Part shown: positions 1-10,178 of the stretch, piece by piece
Position numbering within the stretch: the stretch's first letter is position 1
Layout: each line of letters starts with the position of its first letter
Notes under the pieces: generated by a model
The model's input: only the letters and a program-made list of their open reading frames with translations
Databases searched by the model: none
Told to the model about the DNA's origin: nothing
Position numbers and translations under genes: made by a program
Origin: an uncultured Acidobacteriota bacterium
Lineage (GTDB): Bacteria; Acidobacteriota; Thermoanaerobaculia; Multivoradales; JAHEKO01
Direction: 5' to 3'
DNA length: 64,000 nt
NCBI GenBank assembly: GCA_963713825.1
Contig: CAVQNG010000005.1
Location: 416,001-480,000, forward strand

Positions 1-85
1 CCCTGACCGTCTCTCTCGTCAGGCGCTCGTCGTCGCTGAGAAGAGAATCGAAGTCCAGAAAATCAACACCCGGGAACCGGCTCAA
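1..85 (-). CDS. 5' fragment of acyl-CoA dehydrogenase (glutaryl-CoA dehydrogenase-like), runs off the left edge
   Basis: Manual minus-strand translation from TTG at 85: (M)SRFPGVDFLDFDSLLSDDERLTRETVR, with GGAG SD upstream; resembles GcdH-type N-termini. Not in the ORF track. Confidence 0.65.
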   Translation of the reverse strand, partial: MSRFPGVDFLDFDSLLSDDERLTRETVR

Positions 86-206
86 ATGAGTTCTCCATCA
101 GCTGAGATTTGATCCAACGACGCTCTCGGGCTCGACCGAAGTTGTCGACACCCGGGGTGGCAGCGATGTTAGCACGCTGCTTCGGCGGGCCGCGGCTTGC
201 AGTAAG

Positions 207-1157
207 ATGCCGAGCTATGCTTCTCGAAGCCCGCTGGAGGGGCCGATCTTGTCGGTCCTGAGGTTCGCGATCCCACCGGTTCTAGCCCTGCTCACGGCGT
301 TCTACTTCGACCAGGAGTGTTGGCGCAGAGGCCTCTTGCCGCCTGGGTTCGGAGGTGCGTCAGACGTCGAAGGCCGGGTCTGGAATCCAGGCATCGTGCG
401 TCGTAGCCTGGCGCTCACTTGTTTGTGGGGTGTCTTTTGGATCGGGGTCTTTTCACCCCTGGCCACACTGGGGCAGGCCACCGAGTTGGATCTGTCGGCC
501 GTCAGCACTCCGCAGCTGTTCCTCCTGCATCTCCTCTTTGTCCTGGTCATGATGGTCTGGTACGTCCTGGGATTCGCCGGCCAACCGGGCTTCGGTATCG
601 CCGGCAAGAATGGTTGGGTTGCCCAGTTCGGTCTCAGAGCCACATCGGTGTGGCGTGAGATCGGTCTCGGGCTGGTCGTCGGAGTCGGGGCCTGGTTTGT
701 GGTGCTGGTCGCGATGACGCTCCTGGCGCTGATGTTGTGGTGGTTGGGAGGGGCCGAGCTCCTGCCGACCGAGCCCCCATCCGTGGTGCCTTGGATCGCG
801 GCCCTTCCCATTGCGGTCCGCTTGCTGGTCAGCCTTTCGGCGGGGGTAGTGGAGGAGTCCTTCTTTCGTGGCCTTCTCCAGCCACGGTTTGGGATCCTGA
901 TGTCCACAGCTCTCTTTGTTCTGGCCCACGCCAGCTATGAGCAGCCCTTGATGCTCGTCGGTATTACACTTCTATCCCTGATCTACGGCTTTCTCGTGGT
1001 GTGGCGGCAGTCGATCTGGGCGGCCATGGCGGCGCACACACTCTTCGATGCCATGCAGCTTCTCGTGATCATCCCGTGGGCCTTGCAGATGCTCGAGGAA
1101 GGCGGTCCGGGTATCCCCATACCGGTTGCGGCGGCCCTTGCTGCGCTGGGATCCTGA
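207..1157 (+). CDS. CPBP (CAAX protease/Abi) family intramembrane metalloprotease
   Basis: Multi-TM; motifs EESFFRG, FVLAH, HTLFD. True start may be TTG at 249 (GGAGG upstream). Confidence 0.85.
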   Translation: MPSYASRSPLEGPILSVLRFAIPPVLALLTAFYFDQECWRRGLLPPGFGGASDVEGRVWNPGIVRRSLALTCLWGVFWIGVFSPLATLGQATELDLSAVSTPQLFLLHLLFVLVMMVWYVLGFAGQPGFGIAGKNGWVAQFGLRATSVWREIGLGLVVGVGAWFVVLVAMTLLALMLWWLGGAELLPTEPPSVVPWIAALPIAVRLLVSLSAGVVEESFFRGLLQPRFGILMSTALFVLAHASYEQPLMLVGITLLSLIYGFLVVWRQSIWAAMAAHTLFDAMQLLVIIPWALQMLEEGGPGIPIPVAAALAALGS

Positions 1158-1198
1158 AGCCGGGCCCCATCTGCTAGACTGCGCCGCGGATCAAAATC

Positions 1199-1666
1199 AT
1201 GATGAAGTCGGAACCCAAGGTTCACGTCGAGGTCGAGAGCCGTCTGGAGAACGTCGAGTTGGTCCAGATTGCGATCGAGTCCTCGCTGGCACAGCTCGAC
1301 CTGAGCGAGGACGATGCTCACCAGATTGGCACTTCGATTCGGGAGGCCGTGGCCAACGCCATCAAGCACGGCAACCGCGGCGACGTCAGCAAGCTGGTCA
1401 AAGTGGAACTGGGTATCGACAACGGAGATCTGCTGATCCGCGTCCACGATCAGGGTGTCGGATTCGACGAGGACGGAGTGCCGAATCCTCTCGAGCCCGA
1501 AAACCTGCTGCGGCGCAATGGCCGAGGCATACTCCTGATGAAGCAGTACATGGATCAAATCGAGTACACTTTTCAGCCAGAGAACGGCACCGTCTTGGAG
1601 ATGCGCAAGGAGTTGGCGGTGCTGCGATCGAATTCCGCAAAGCAACAAGAGGAGGAGAAGCAATGA
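1199..1666 (+). CDS. Anti-sigma factor Ser/Thr kinase (RsbW-like, HATPase_c)
   Basis: EAVANAIKHG, DQGVGFD and GRGILLM boxes; ATGA-coupled to the STAS gene. Confidence 0.9.
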   Translation: MMKSEPKVHVEVESRLENVELVQIAIESSLAQLDLSEDDAHQIGTSIREAVANAIKHGNRGDVSKLVKVELGIDNGDLLIRVHDQGVGFDEDGVPNPLEPENLLRRNGRGILLMKQYMDQIEYTFQPENGTVLEMRKELAVLRSNSAKQQEEEKQ

Positions 1667-2004
1667 AGATTCCGGCCCGACATCGACAAGGCATCACAAT
1701 TCTCGAGCCGAAGGGCAAGATCACGATCGGCGTAGGAGATGTGGCGCTTCGCGAAGCGGTGCATGAAGCCCTCGAGGCGGGGTCCACCAAGATCCTCATC
1801 AATCTGAAAGATGTGAGCACCATCGATTCTTCGGGCATCGGAGAGTTGGTCTCGGCCTACACTTCGGTGACCAACCGTGGCGGCGCCCTGCGACTACTGC
1901 ACCTGCCGCCCAAGGTCCAGGACATCCTGCAGATCACCCAGCTGGTAACGGTCTTCGAGGTGCTGGACGACGAAGAGGAAGCGGTCGCGAGCTTCGCTGA
2001 CTGA
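1663..2004 (+). CDS. STAS-domain anti-anti-sigma factor (RsbV/SpoIIAA-like)
   Basis: Real start ATG 1663 (GGAGGAG SD), not 1126; IDSSGIGEL phospho-Ser motif. Confidence 0.9.
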   Translation: MKIPARHRQGITILEPKGKITIGVGDVALREAVHEALEAGSTKILINLKDVSTIDSSGIGELVSAYTSVTNRGGALRLLHLPPKVQDILQITQLVTVFEVLDDEEEAVASFAD

Positions 2005-2062
2005 GAGGTCGCTGGTTCCGAGCCGGCGGACTCTTCCCAGGCTGTGGAGCTCATCGCTCGAC

Positions 2063-3247
2063 ATGCCTTTTTGTAGCTTCGACAGGCCCCACGACAGGCG
2101 GTGCTCACCTGCTTTCGGCAGGTGGCCATTCAGGCGGTGGTGCACCTGCCTGATCGTGGTGTCGTTCTGCCTCGCGTCGGCTACCCTGCTGGGTGCACAG
2201 GTACCTGACAGGGAAGCCGAGCTGGAGGCCATTCGGGACCAGATCATGGTCCTGCAATCGAGGCTCAATCGAGTCAGCCAGGAGGAACAGGGTCTGCGCG
2301 GCGAGGTGGAGCGAACAGTAGTAGCCCTGGCGCTCCAGGAGAAGCGAGTCGAAGAGGCGCGAACGGCTCGCTTGTTGGCCGCAGACTCTCTCGCAGCAGT
2401 TGGGGAAGAAGTCGCGACCCTGGAAGCCTCGCTCGAGAAGCTCCGGGCGGAGCTGAAGCAGAGCCTGGCCGATCTTTATCGGCTGGGTCAGCAAGGTTAC
2501 GTAAGGCTCTTCCTGTCAATTCGTTCGACGGACGATCTGCTACCTGGGATACGACATATGCGCTTTTTTGTGCGGCGGGACAGTGAGTTGCTGAACGCCT
2601 ATCTCGAGACCCATACCGAACTGGCATTCCAGCAGGAGCAGGCGTCGGAGCACCGAGCCGAGGTCGAAGACTGGTTGGGCCGTGAGTCGACGCGACTCGA
2701 TGAGCTCGGCCGGCTCCAGAAGCGGCAGAAGATCCTTCTCGCCCGCCTCGAGACGGAGCGGCAGAGCCTTACAGTCCAGACCGCAGAGCTGAGCGACAAG
2801 GAACGAAAGCTGTCGAACTTTCTGGATTTCTTGTACGGCCGCACGCCAACGCCGTTGAGCGGAGCGCCAGTGCAGAACTTCAAGGGTGTGCTGGACTGGC
2901 CGATCAAGGCCAGGGTCGAGCGTGGTTTCGGGCCGCGGCTGGACCCGATGTACGGTACTCGGGTACCCCACAACGGCCTCGACCTGGCGACCGCTATGGG
3001 CGCCGAGGTGAGGGTGGTCTACCCCGGCAAGGTGTTGTTCGCGGCTCCCTTTCAGGGCTATGGCCTGACGGCCGTCGTCCACCATCCAGGGCGTGTTTTT
3101 TCGCTCTATGCCGGCCTCGAGGCGCTCAAGGTCGGCACCGGCGATGTGCTATCGTTGGGCCAGGTCATCGGCATCGCCACAGATTCTCTCTACTTCGAGA
3201 TCCGCGAAGAAAACCGGCCGGTCGACCCAGCGCAATGGCTGCGCTGA
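2063..3247 (+). CDS. EnvC-like murein hydrolase activator (coiled coil + degenerate M23 domain)
   Basis: Signal/TM, long coiled coil, HNGLD retained but YAGL and SLYFEIR replace YAHL and HLHFE; start uncertain. Confidence 0.8.
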   Translation: MPFCSFDRPHDRRCSPAFGRWPFRRWCTCLIVVSFCLASATLLGAQVPDREAELEAIRDQIMVLQSRLNRVSQEEQGLRGEVERTVVALALQEKRVEEARTARLLAADSLAAVGEEVATLEASLEKLRAELKQSLADLYRLGQQGYVRLFLSIRSTDDLLPGIRHMRFFVRRDSELLNAYLETHTELAFQQEQASEHRAEVEDWLGRESTRLDELGRLQKRQKILLARLETERQSLTVQTAELSDKERKLSNFLDFLYGRTPTPLSGAPVQNFKGVLDWPIKARVERGFGPRLDPMYGTRVPHNGLDLATAMGAEVRVVYPGKVLFAAPFQGYGLTAVVHHPGRVFSLYAGLEALKVGTGDVLSLGQVIGIATDSLYFEIREENRPVDPAQWLR

Positions 3248-3270
3248 CCGGTATCGGGTGAGGATTTCCC

Positions 3271-4449
3271 ATGAATCGAAGTCGCATTCTCTTCTTTCTC
3301 TTCTCGCTGGCAGTGCTGCTGCCGATCATCTCTGGGACTCTGTCCCGGGCTGCAACCGACCAGCCGGCGGACGACGACGCGCTGTCGAAGCACCTCTCGG
3401 TGTTCTCCGAGGTGATGTCTCTCATTCGCCGGGCCTATGTCGAAGAGACCTCGATCGACGAGCTGCTGGCAGGGGCTCTGGAAGGCGCCACCGACGCGCT
3501 GGATCCGCTCTCCACCTTTGTGCCGGCGGACTCCCTCGGAGCGTACAGGGAAGTCCGCGAGATCGGGCGCGACCACAGCGGCTTGACGGTCGGCAAGGAG
3601 AGGGGAATCGCTTTCGTGATCGCTGTCGAGTCGGGCAGTCCTGGGGCAGCAGCGGGTCTGGAAGTAGGCGACATCCTGGCCGAGATCGATGGCCGGTCGA
3701 CGCGTGGCATCCCCCTGTGGGAGCTGCAGTCGGTCCTGGCGCAAGACCCGGGCTCCGAGTTGAATCTGGAGATTCTGCGGCGAGGACAATCCCGAGAGTT
3801 GACCCTGAACCTCGAGACCTATGAACCGTCAGAGCCGACCCTCGAAGACCTCGAGGGTGTGGCCGTGTTGCGGCTGAGTCGAATCGAGCCGGAAACAGTC
3901 GAAACCTTACGGGAAGTTCTTCAAGACCTCACTCAGTCGGGCCAGAGCAAACTACTGATCGATTTGCGCGGGCTGGCCGGGGGCAGCAGTGAAGCCGCCT
4001 ATGCCATCGCCGGTCTGTTCGCCAGCGGCGAGCTGGGCCATCTGCAGGGTGGCGAAGGCGCGGAGGTGCGTTTCGAAGGCCTCGAGACCTCTGCCTGGGC
4101 TGGCGACACCGTGGTGCTGGTCAATGCGGGGACTCAGGGTCCGGCGGAGATTCTGGCCGCTGTCCTGCGGCAGCGGTCCGAAGCCCAATTGGTTGGGCAG
4201 CGCAGCTTCGGCCTGGCTGGGCATCAGAGGCTCGTACCTCTGTCCGATGGTTCGGGTGTCCTCCTCACGGATGCCTACTACACCGGACCGGACGGCGAGC
4301 CGATCTCGACGAGCCTGGTCCCGGACGTTGTGGTCACCGACCTGTTCCGAGCCGCCTCCGAGGATGACGAGGAAGCCGAGGACAAAACGCTGCAGCGCGG
4401 ACTCGAGGTGCTGGGCGAGGAAGAAATCGCGACCGAAGAAGTGGCCTGA
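3271..4449 (+). CDS. S41 (CtpA-like) PDZ protein, probably catalytically inactive
   Basis: LDPLS, PDZ (GSPGAAAGLEVGD), IDLRG; Ser and Lys catalytic motifs are substituted. Confidence 0.8.
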   Translation: MNRSRILFFLFSLAVLLPIISGTLSRAATDQPADDDALSKHLSVFSEVMSLIRRAYVEETSIDELLAGALEGATDALDPLSTFVPADSLGAYREVREIGRDHSGLTVGKERGIAFVIAVESGSPGAAAGLEVGDILAEIDGRSTRGIPLWELQSVLAQDPGSELNLEILRRGQSRELTLNLETYEPSEPTLEDLEGVAVLRLSRIEPETVETLREVLQDLTQSGQSKLLIDLRGLAGGSSEAAYAIAGLFASGELGHLQGGEGAEVRFEGLETSAWAGDTVVLVNAGTQGPAEILAAVLRQRSEAQLVGQRSFGLAGHQRLVPLSDGSGVLLTDAYYTGPDGEPISTSLVPDVVVTDLFRAASEDDEEAEDKTLQRGLEVLGEEEIATEEVA

Positions 4450-4476
4450 AGATCTCTCAGTGGGTCGGCAACCTGT

Positions 4477-7014
4477 TCAGTCCGCCCGCAGGACTGCAAG
4501 AGGTCGGCGCTGCAGGGCTCCCCAGCTGGCCACGATCCCTGTCAGCGCGGTCAAGATGACACTCAAAGCAAGCGATGTCAGGATGAGCCGTGGGTAGGGC
4601 TGCCAGGAGAGCTCCATGCTGCGGGTCAGGACGAACCAGGACAGCAGAACCCCTCCCGCCGTGCCGATGATGCCGGCGACCACGCCGATGAGCGCGTACT
4701 CGGTAGCCATCATGGCGGCGACTTCCTGTCGCGTCATGCCGAGAGTCTTCAGCAGAGCTACGCGCTGACCTCTTTGCACCGAGCCGGCGCTGATGCCCCC
4801 AGCCAGGATCAAGATGCCGGCCAGAATGGAGAAGCTGCCCAGAAAGCGGATGCCGCTCGTCATCCGCTCCAGGCCGCGCGCGATCTTGTCGAGCAGGTCG
4901 CGGATCTTCAGCAGCGTGACGTTGGGAAACTCGGCGGCCAATACGTCCTGGGTCGATTGCTCCCCTTGCTCTGGGAACCGGGCTGTAGCGATGCGCACCT
5001 GGGGAGCGTCTTCGAGAATCCCCGGCTCGACCACCAGAAAGAAATTGATTCCGAAAGTCCGCCAATCGACCGTGCGTATGGTCGATACGGTGAGATCGAG
5101 AGGTATTCCCTGGATGTCGAAGCCGAGGCGTGAACCGAGCTCGACGCCCAATTCGGTGGCGAAGTCCTCTTCGACGCTGACTTCCCAGGCTTCGGGGTCG
5201 CTCCAGAGCTCGCCCTCGATGATCGAGTTATCGGCTGGGAGCTCGTCGAGGTAGGTCAGGCGCTGCTCCCGTGTCAGCGCCCATCGTCGGTCTTCGTCGT
5301 CGGGGCTGTCTTTAGCCAACTCACTGACCGTCTTCCCATCGACCGTCCGCAGCCTCGCCGTCACCACGGCAACGGAGTCGATGTGCGAGGAGCCCTGCTC
5401 GACAAGGAGTCTCTCGACCGCGGGCCACTGATCGGGCTGGATGTCGATCAGGAACGCGGTGGGCGCCCCGGTAGGCAGCTCGCCACGAAGCTCGTCCGAT
5501 AAGCCTTTCTCGACGAAAGCCAGTGCGGTGACGAGAATGACGCCGAGTCCGACCGCCACCACGCTGCCCAGCGTCGCCGCCCCGGGCTGGGCTAGAGATG
5601 CGACGCCATGGCGCGCCCAGACGGGGCCGAGGTGGCGGCCGAGTGGGGTCAATGATCGCATCAGGACAAATGCCGCCAGAGACAGAAGGCCGGCTGCGAT
5701 TACGATGCCGACAGTGAACTGAGAACCCAGCTTGGCATCTTGGGCCTGTAGCGCCGCCGCCGACCAGATGCCCAGCAGAAGGACGCCGTAAAGCAACAGC
5801 AAGACTCCACGCCCCTGCGGGACGGGCTCGACATCCTTGCGGAGCACACGCAGAGGCGAGACTCTGCGGGTGGCGAGCAAGGGCGCAAGGGTGAACAAGA
5901 GCGCCAGGCCGATGCCGAGACCCATCCCCTTGGCCACCGCGCCAGGACTCCACCAGGCCAGGTCGGAGACTGGGAGCAGGTCGCCGATCAATATCGGCAC
6001 GAAGCGTTGGATCAGACTGCCGGCGGCCGCCCCGAGTATGCCGCCTGTCAGTCCCAGGAGGACGGCGTGTCCGAGGTAGAGCTTCGTAACGTCGTTGGGT
6101 CGCAATCCAAGGCAGCGATAGATTGCGATGGCGTCGATTCGACTGGCCAGCCAGGCACGAGTCGTCTGGGCCACTCCGAGACCTCCCAGGAGGAGGGACA
6201 GGAGCGCTACGAGGCCGAGGAACTTCTCGACACGGTGAATAGCCTGCTGGAGAGTTTCCTGGGCGTCTTTGTAGGTGCGAACCCGGATTCCTTCGAACTC
6301 GCCGACCCGCTCTCGCACCTCGGTAGCGAGTCGTTCAACACTCTCTCCTGCCGTGCCGGCCGGTAGCTTGACCAGCAGACGATGCATGACCCGGCTGCCA
6401 CGCTGGTCGAGATCGGCACGACGAAACCCGTCGCCGTTCAGTAGCACTCTTGGCCCGAGTCGGAAGGGACCCGCCCCTTGATCGGGTTCCGAGTGGACCA
6501 CGCCAGCGATGCGGAAGGCTTGGCCCCCGAGAAGGATGTCGCTGCCGACCTCGAGCTCGAGGCGGGTGAGCAGATCGGGGGCAACCACGACCGCCTCCGA
6601 CGACAACTTGGGCCCCAAGGGTCCTGGCGGGTCGACTTCCAGAATGCCGTAGAAGGGGTACACGCCATCCACCACCTTGAGCTCGACGATCTGGCTGGTG
6701 CCAGGGCTGCCCGTAGGGTGTGCCACCGCCGCCATGGTCACCAGCTCCTTGATCTCGGTCAGCTGCAGCTCGGGCCGCTCGGTGAGGAGCTCGTGAAGAT
6801 CGGGGGGAAGCGGTTGCAGGGAAGAGATCGTAAGGTCGGCTGCCAGCAGCTGTCGGGCCTCTCTTCGAACGCCTTCCGACAAGGCCGCCGAAAGCCCGGC
6901 AACGCTGACGACAGCGGCGACACCGACCGCCAGGCAAGCGACAAAGAACGCGAACCGCTTCAGCGAGCCACGGGACTCTCGGGCCAGCAAACGGAAGTAC
7001 AGGGCGACGTTCAT
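4477..7014 (-). CDS. ABC transporter permease, YbbP/FtsX-like (duplicated)
   Basis: 845 aa with two FtsX-type halves; LLAADL, FLIDIQPDQ, NFFLV typical of the YbbP family. Confidence 0.85.
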   Translation of the reverse strand: MNVALYFRLLARESRGSLKRFAFFVACLAVGVAAVVSVAGLSAALSEGVRREARQLLAADLTISSLQPLPPDLHELLTERPELQLTEIKELVTMAAVAHPTGSPGTSQIVELKVVDGVYPFYGILEVDPPGPLGPKLSSEAVVVAPDLLTRLELEVGSDILLGGQAFRIAGVVHSEPDQGAGPFRLGPRVLLNGDGFRRADLDQRGSRVMHRLLVKLPAGTAGESVERLATEVRERVGEFEGIRVRTYKDAQETLQQAIHRVEKFLGLVALLSLLLGGLGVAQTTRAWLASRIDAIAIYRCLGLRPNDVTKLYLGHAVLLGLTGGILGAAAGSLIQRFVPILIGDLLPVSDLAWWSPGAVAKGMGLGIGLALLFTLAPLLATRRVSPLRVLRKDVEPVPQGRGVLLLLYGVLLLGIWSAAALQAQDAKLGSQFTVGIVIAAGLLSLAAFVLMRSLTPLGRHLGPVWARHGVASLAQPGAATLGSVVAVGLGVILVTALAFVEKGLSDELRGELPTGAPTAFLIDIQPDQWPAVERLLVEQGSSHIDSVAVVTARLRTVDGKTVSELAKDSPDDEDRRWALTREQRLTYLDELPADNSIIEGELWSDPEAWEVSVEEDFATELGVELGSRLGFDIQGIPLDLTVSTIRTVDWRTFGINFFLVVEPGILEDAPQVRIATARFPEQGEQSTQDVLAAEFPNVTLLKIRDLLDKIARGLERMTSGIRFLGSFSILAGILILAGGISAGSVQRGQRVALLKTLGMTRQEVAAMMATEYALIGVVAGIIGTAGGVLLSWFVLTRSMELSWQPYPRLILTSLALSVILTALTGIVASWGALQRRPLAVLRAD

Positions 7015-7724
7015 CCGGAAGGGGCCAGAAGCCCGTCGGTGTCGCTCGTGGCCGGTACCAGCTGGCCGTCTTCCAGGGCCAGTCGACGGTCGGCCAGCTG
7101 TGCGGCGGCACTGTCATGGGTCACCAGAACGAGCGTCGTACCGAATCTCCGGCGCAGCGAGGCGATCAGGTCGAGGACTGTTCGGCCCGTCCGTCGGTCG
7201 AGGTTTCCGGTTGGCTCGTCGGCCAGGAGGATTGCCGGACTGGGTGCGAAGGCTCGAGCCAGCGCCACCCGCTGCTGCTCTCCTCCTGACAGTTGGGTGG
7301 GGTAGTGGTGGGCGCGGTCGGTCAGGCCCACCAGATCCAGGAGCTCCGAGGCCCGGTCCTGAGCCCGCGAGTCGCTCAGGAGCTCGAGGGGCAGCTGGAC
7401 ATTCTCCAAAGCGGTCATATTCGGCAACAGCTGGAAGGACTGAAAGACGAAGCCGATCTTGTGACGGCGAAGCAGCGCCAGCTCACTCTCGGAGAGCGTT
7501 TGAATCGATTGGCCGTCGATGAGAATCTCGCCCGAGGTCGGTCTGTCCAACCCCGCAACGAGGGCCAGGAGCGTCGATTTGCCGGAACCGGACGGGCCCA
7601 GGATGGCGACAGACTCCTCGGCAGAGATCTCGAGGTCGACTTCGTTCAGGACCGAAAGGTCGGCACTTCCCGAGTGGAAAACCTTGGTGAGCTTCCGAAG
7701 CTCGATGCGGGGCGATGCGCTCAT
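7011..7724 (-). CDS. ABC transporter ATP-binding protein (YbbA/LolD-like)
   Basis: GPSGSGKST, LSGGEQQR, LLADEPTGNLD, VTHD. Confidence 0.93.
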   Translation of the reverse strand: MSASPRIELRKLTKVFHSGSADLSVLNEVDLEISAEESVAILGPSGSGKSTLLALVAGLDRPTSGEILIDGQSIQTLSESELALLRRHKIGFVFQSFQLLPNMTALENVQLPLELLSDSRAQDRASELLDLVGLTDRAHHYPTQLSGGEQQRVALARAFAPSPAILLADEPTGNLDRRTGRTVLDLIASLRRRFGTTLVLVTHDSAAAQLADRRLALEDGQLVPATSDTDGLLAPSG

Positions 7725-7818
7725 GGATCAGTGATACGGCGGAAAGTGGAAAGAGTTCCTCGGCGTGGCGGCCGGCTGGCAGCCTATCACCGCCTTTGCG
7801 GCCGCTTCCGGCGCTTTT

Positions 7819-9378
7819 CTAGTTCAAGTACCCGAGCGCGCGAAGCTCCTCGAGGAGCTCTTCGTCAGACTGCGACTGCGGTGCTTCGCGGGCTTCCATC
7901 TGGCCCCAGCTCGGGATCGTTCGGAGTGGGAACCGTTCGCGGAACTGCGCTTGGAAAAGCTCGGTTCTGGCATGGCCGTCGAAGTCGTCGGCCACAGGCA
8001 GCCCCAGGGCATAGAGCAGGGTCGGGGTGATATCGAGGCTGTGGATCTTGTCGAGCTCGAAGCTCGAGTCGATGTCGGGTCCAGCGGCGATGAAGATTCC
8101 TTCGGTGCTCTTGGAGTGCGTGCCAGAAATTTTCTCGATCTGCCCGATGGCGCCTGGGATCGGCTGGCCGTCGAGGTAGAGCTTTGGCGACACTCCCTGG
8201 TAGCGCACGATCACTAACATGTCGCCGCCCCGGGATCGCTCGCTTGCCTTGAGATCGCGGAACCGAAATGCCGGTGAGCCGTCCTCGTAGGTGACTTTCT
8301 CGAGAGCGGCTTGCAGGCTGCGCCGAGTTCCGTCCGGATCGTCTGGCCACTCCTCGTTTCCGGGTCGCTCGAATGGGTGGAAGCGAATCAGCTTCGTGCG
8401 GGTGAAAGGAGGCGAGTTCCAGGTTCGTGCCAGGCTCCTGTCGGGATTGATCTGCTCCTGATCTCGCACCAGGATTCCGAGATGCTCGAGGACCCGATCC
8501 AAGTGCAGTTGGATTCTGTACCGCTCCCCTTTGGCGGCTTGGAAGCCATGGTCGGAAACCACGAAGAAGTTGGTGTCAGAGGAGGCGTTGGCCAGCAGAG
8601 CTCCGAGAGTTGCGTCCACCTGGGCGTAGGCGTCGGGAATGCGGTTGCCGAACCGCTGCAGGCTTTGCTCATCGACTTCCGACTCGAATCCCTGAGATCT
8701 GAAGTACTTCCAGTGATGGTGACTCTCGATATCGACGGACCGCAGGTAAAGCATGATCAGGTCGAAGTCCTGGCTCGCCAAGCGCTGGCCGATCGAAGCC
8801 AGCAAGCGGTCCCCCCGGGTAACGACATCCTCCACCGTCACCGCACCTTCATCGGGAGGCGAGCTTTCGGTCAGGAGTCTTGGGTCGAGGTCGGGTGGGT
8901 AGAAGCGGTCCTTGCTTTCCCTGAAGAATCGATCAGAGACGACGATGCCATTGACGGCCTCGGCCGGCCAGGAGGCCCACCATCCCAGCAAAGCGACCCG
9001 AAGCTGCGAGGAGGAAACCATGTTCCAGAGGGCGGGCACGCGTCGGTCCACCGAGGAGACAGGTGCCTCGCCGTAGTCGGTTCGCACCGTGAAACCTCGA
9101 ATGCCATGTCTCGATGGCTCGACGCCGGTGGCGATCGAGGTCCAGATCACGGGTGAGGCGTGGGCGATCGGTTGCAGCTGTGCTGAGACACCACGCTCGG
9201 CCAGATCCTTCAGATGGGGCAGCTGACCGCGGCTCCAGAGCTCCCGAATGACGTTCCAGGAGCCACCATCCACCCCCAGGAGGACGACAGGGGGTGGAGG
9301 TGTAGAGCTGGGTTCACCGCAGCCCGCCAGCAATGCAAGGCAGCCGACCACGAGCCATCGATGAGCGACGGGGATCAT
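7819..9378 (-). CDS. Alkaline phosphatase superfamily (nucleotide pyrophosphatase/phosphodiesterase) lipoprotein
   Basis: Lipobox LAGC; LGVDG, SPVIWTSIATG, DIESH, VSDHGF; C-terminal LRALGY. Confidence 0.85.
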   Translation of the reverse strand: MIPVAHRWLVVGCLALLAGCGEPSSTPPPPVVLLGVDGGSWNVIRELWSRGQLPHLKDLAERGVSAQLQPIAHASPVIWTSIATGVEPSRHGIRGFTVRTDYGEAPVSSVDRRVPALWNMVSSSQLRVALLGWWASWPAEAVNGIVVSDRFFRESKDRFYPPDLDPRLLTESSPPDEGAVTVEDVVTRGDRLLASIGQRLASQDFDLIMLYLRSVDIESHHHWKYFRSQGFESEVDEQSLQRFGNRIPDAYAQVDATLGALLANASSDTNFFVVSDHGFQAAKGERYRIQLHLDRVLEHLGILVRDQEQINPDRSLARTWNSPPFTRTKLIRFHPFERPGNEEWPDDPDGTRRSLQAALEKVTYEDGSPAFRFRDLKASERSRGGDMLVIVRYQGVSPKLYLDGQPIPGAIGQIEKISGTHSKSTEGIFIAAGPDIDSSFELDKIHSLDITPTLLYALGLPVADDFDGHARTELFQAQFRERFPLRTIPSWGQMEAREAPQSQSDEELLEELRALGYLN

Positions 9379-9434
9379 GCCTTGAACTCTATCAACGGTC
9401 GATCACGGCCTGCGAAGCCATACAATGCCACGGT

Positions 9435-10178
9435 ATGAGAGTGCAATGGCATGGGTCGAAGCTGCTGGCCATGACCCTTCTTTTGGCCTGCAATGGGCCG
9501 GCAGGTGATCCGCCAGGTGATCCGCCAGGCGCGAACGGTACGAGGCAGTCCGAGAAGAGGTCGGTGGTAAGTGAGAGCCCTGCCGACGACGCTGAAGAGT
9601 CGATTCGCATCGTGTTTCTGGGAGATAGCCTCAGCGCCGGCATGGGCGTCAATGAAGACGAGGCCTTCCCGGCGGTGGTCGAGGGCCACTTGCGCCACCG
9701 CGGATGGGACGTCCAGGTCTTCAACGCCGGTATCAGTGGGGACACGACCGCTGGTGGCGTCAGTCGCCTCGATTGGATCCTGTCGCAGAATCCGCAGATC
9801 GTCGTGGTCGAGCTGGGGGCGAATGACGGCCTTCGAGGCATGTCGGTCCAGATGACAGAGGCGAATCTCAGAGCGATGATATCCAAGACGCAGCAGGCGG
9901 GTATTCGCGTCCTGTTGGCGGGGATGATGGTGCCTCCCAACTACGGAGCCGACTACTCAGAGCGTTTCAACGACGTCTTCCCGGGGCTGGCCGAGGAGCT
10001 CGACGTGCCCCTTGTCCCCTTCCTGCTGGAGGGAGTTGCCGCAGAGCCCGATCTCAATCTGATCGATGGCATCCACCCCAACCCAGCGGGCCACCAACGG
10101 GTCGCCGAAACCGTATTGCCCTTTCTAGAGACGATCTTGAAGGAATTAGAAGCTAGCGATTCTTCTCCCGACGCTTGA
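9435..10178 (+). CDS. Arylesterase/acyl-CoA thioesterase I (TesA-like SGNH hydrolase), lipoprotein
   Basis: GDSL, NAGISGDTT, ELGAND, DGIHP; LLAC lipobox from ATG 9435; 12-nt tandem duplication (GDPP x2) at about 9502-9529. Confidence 0.88.
   Translation: MRVQWHGSKLLAMTLLLACNGPAGDPPGDPPGANGTRQSEKRSVVSESPADDAEESIRIVFLGDSLSAGMGVNEDEAFPAVVEGHLRHRGWDVQVFNAGISGDTTAGGVSRLDWILSQNPQIVVVELGANDGLRGMSVQMTEANLRAMISKTQQAGIRVLLAGMMVPPNYGADYSERFNDVFPGLAEELDVPLVPFLLEGVAAEPDLNLIDGIHPNPAGHQRVAETVLPFLETILKELEASDSSPDA

Noticed and set aside
1126-1662. Long N-terminal extension of the STAS ORF
   Set aside because: Overlaps the RsbW-like gene; SD and ATGA coupling support 1663
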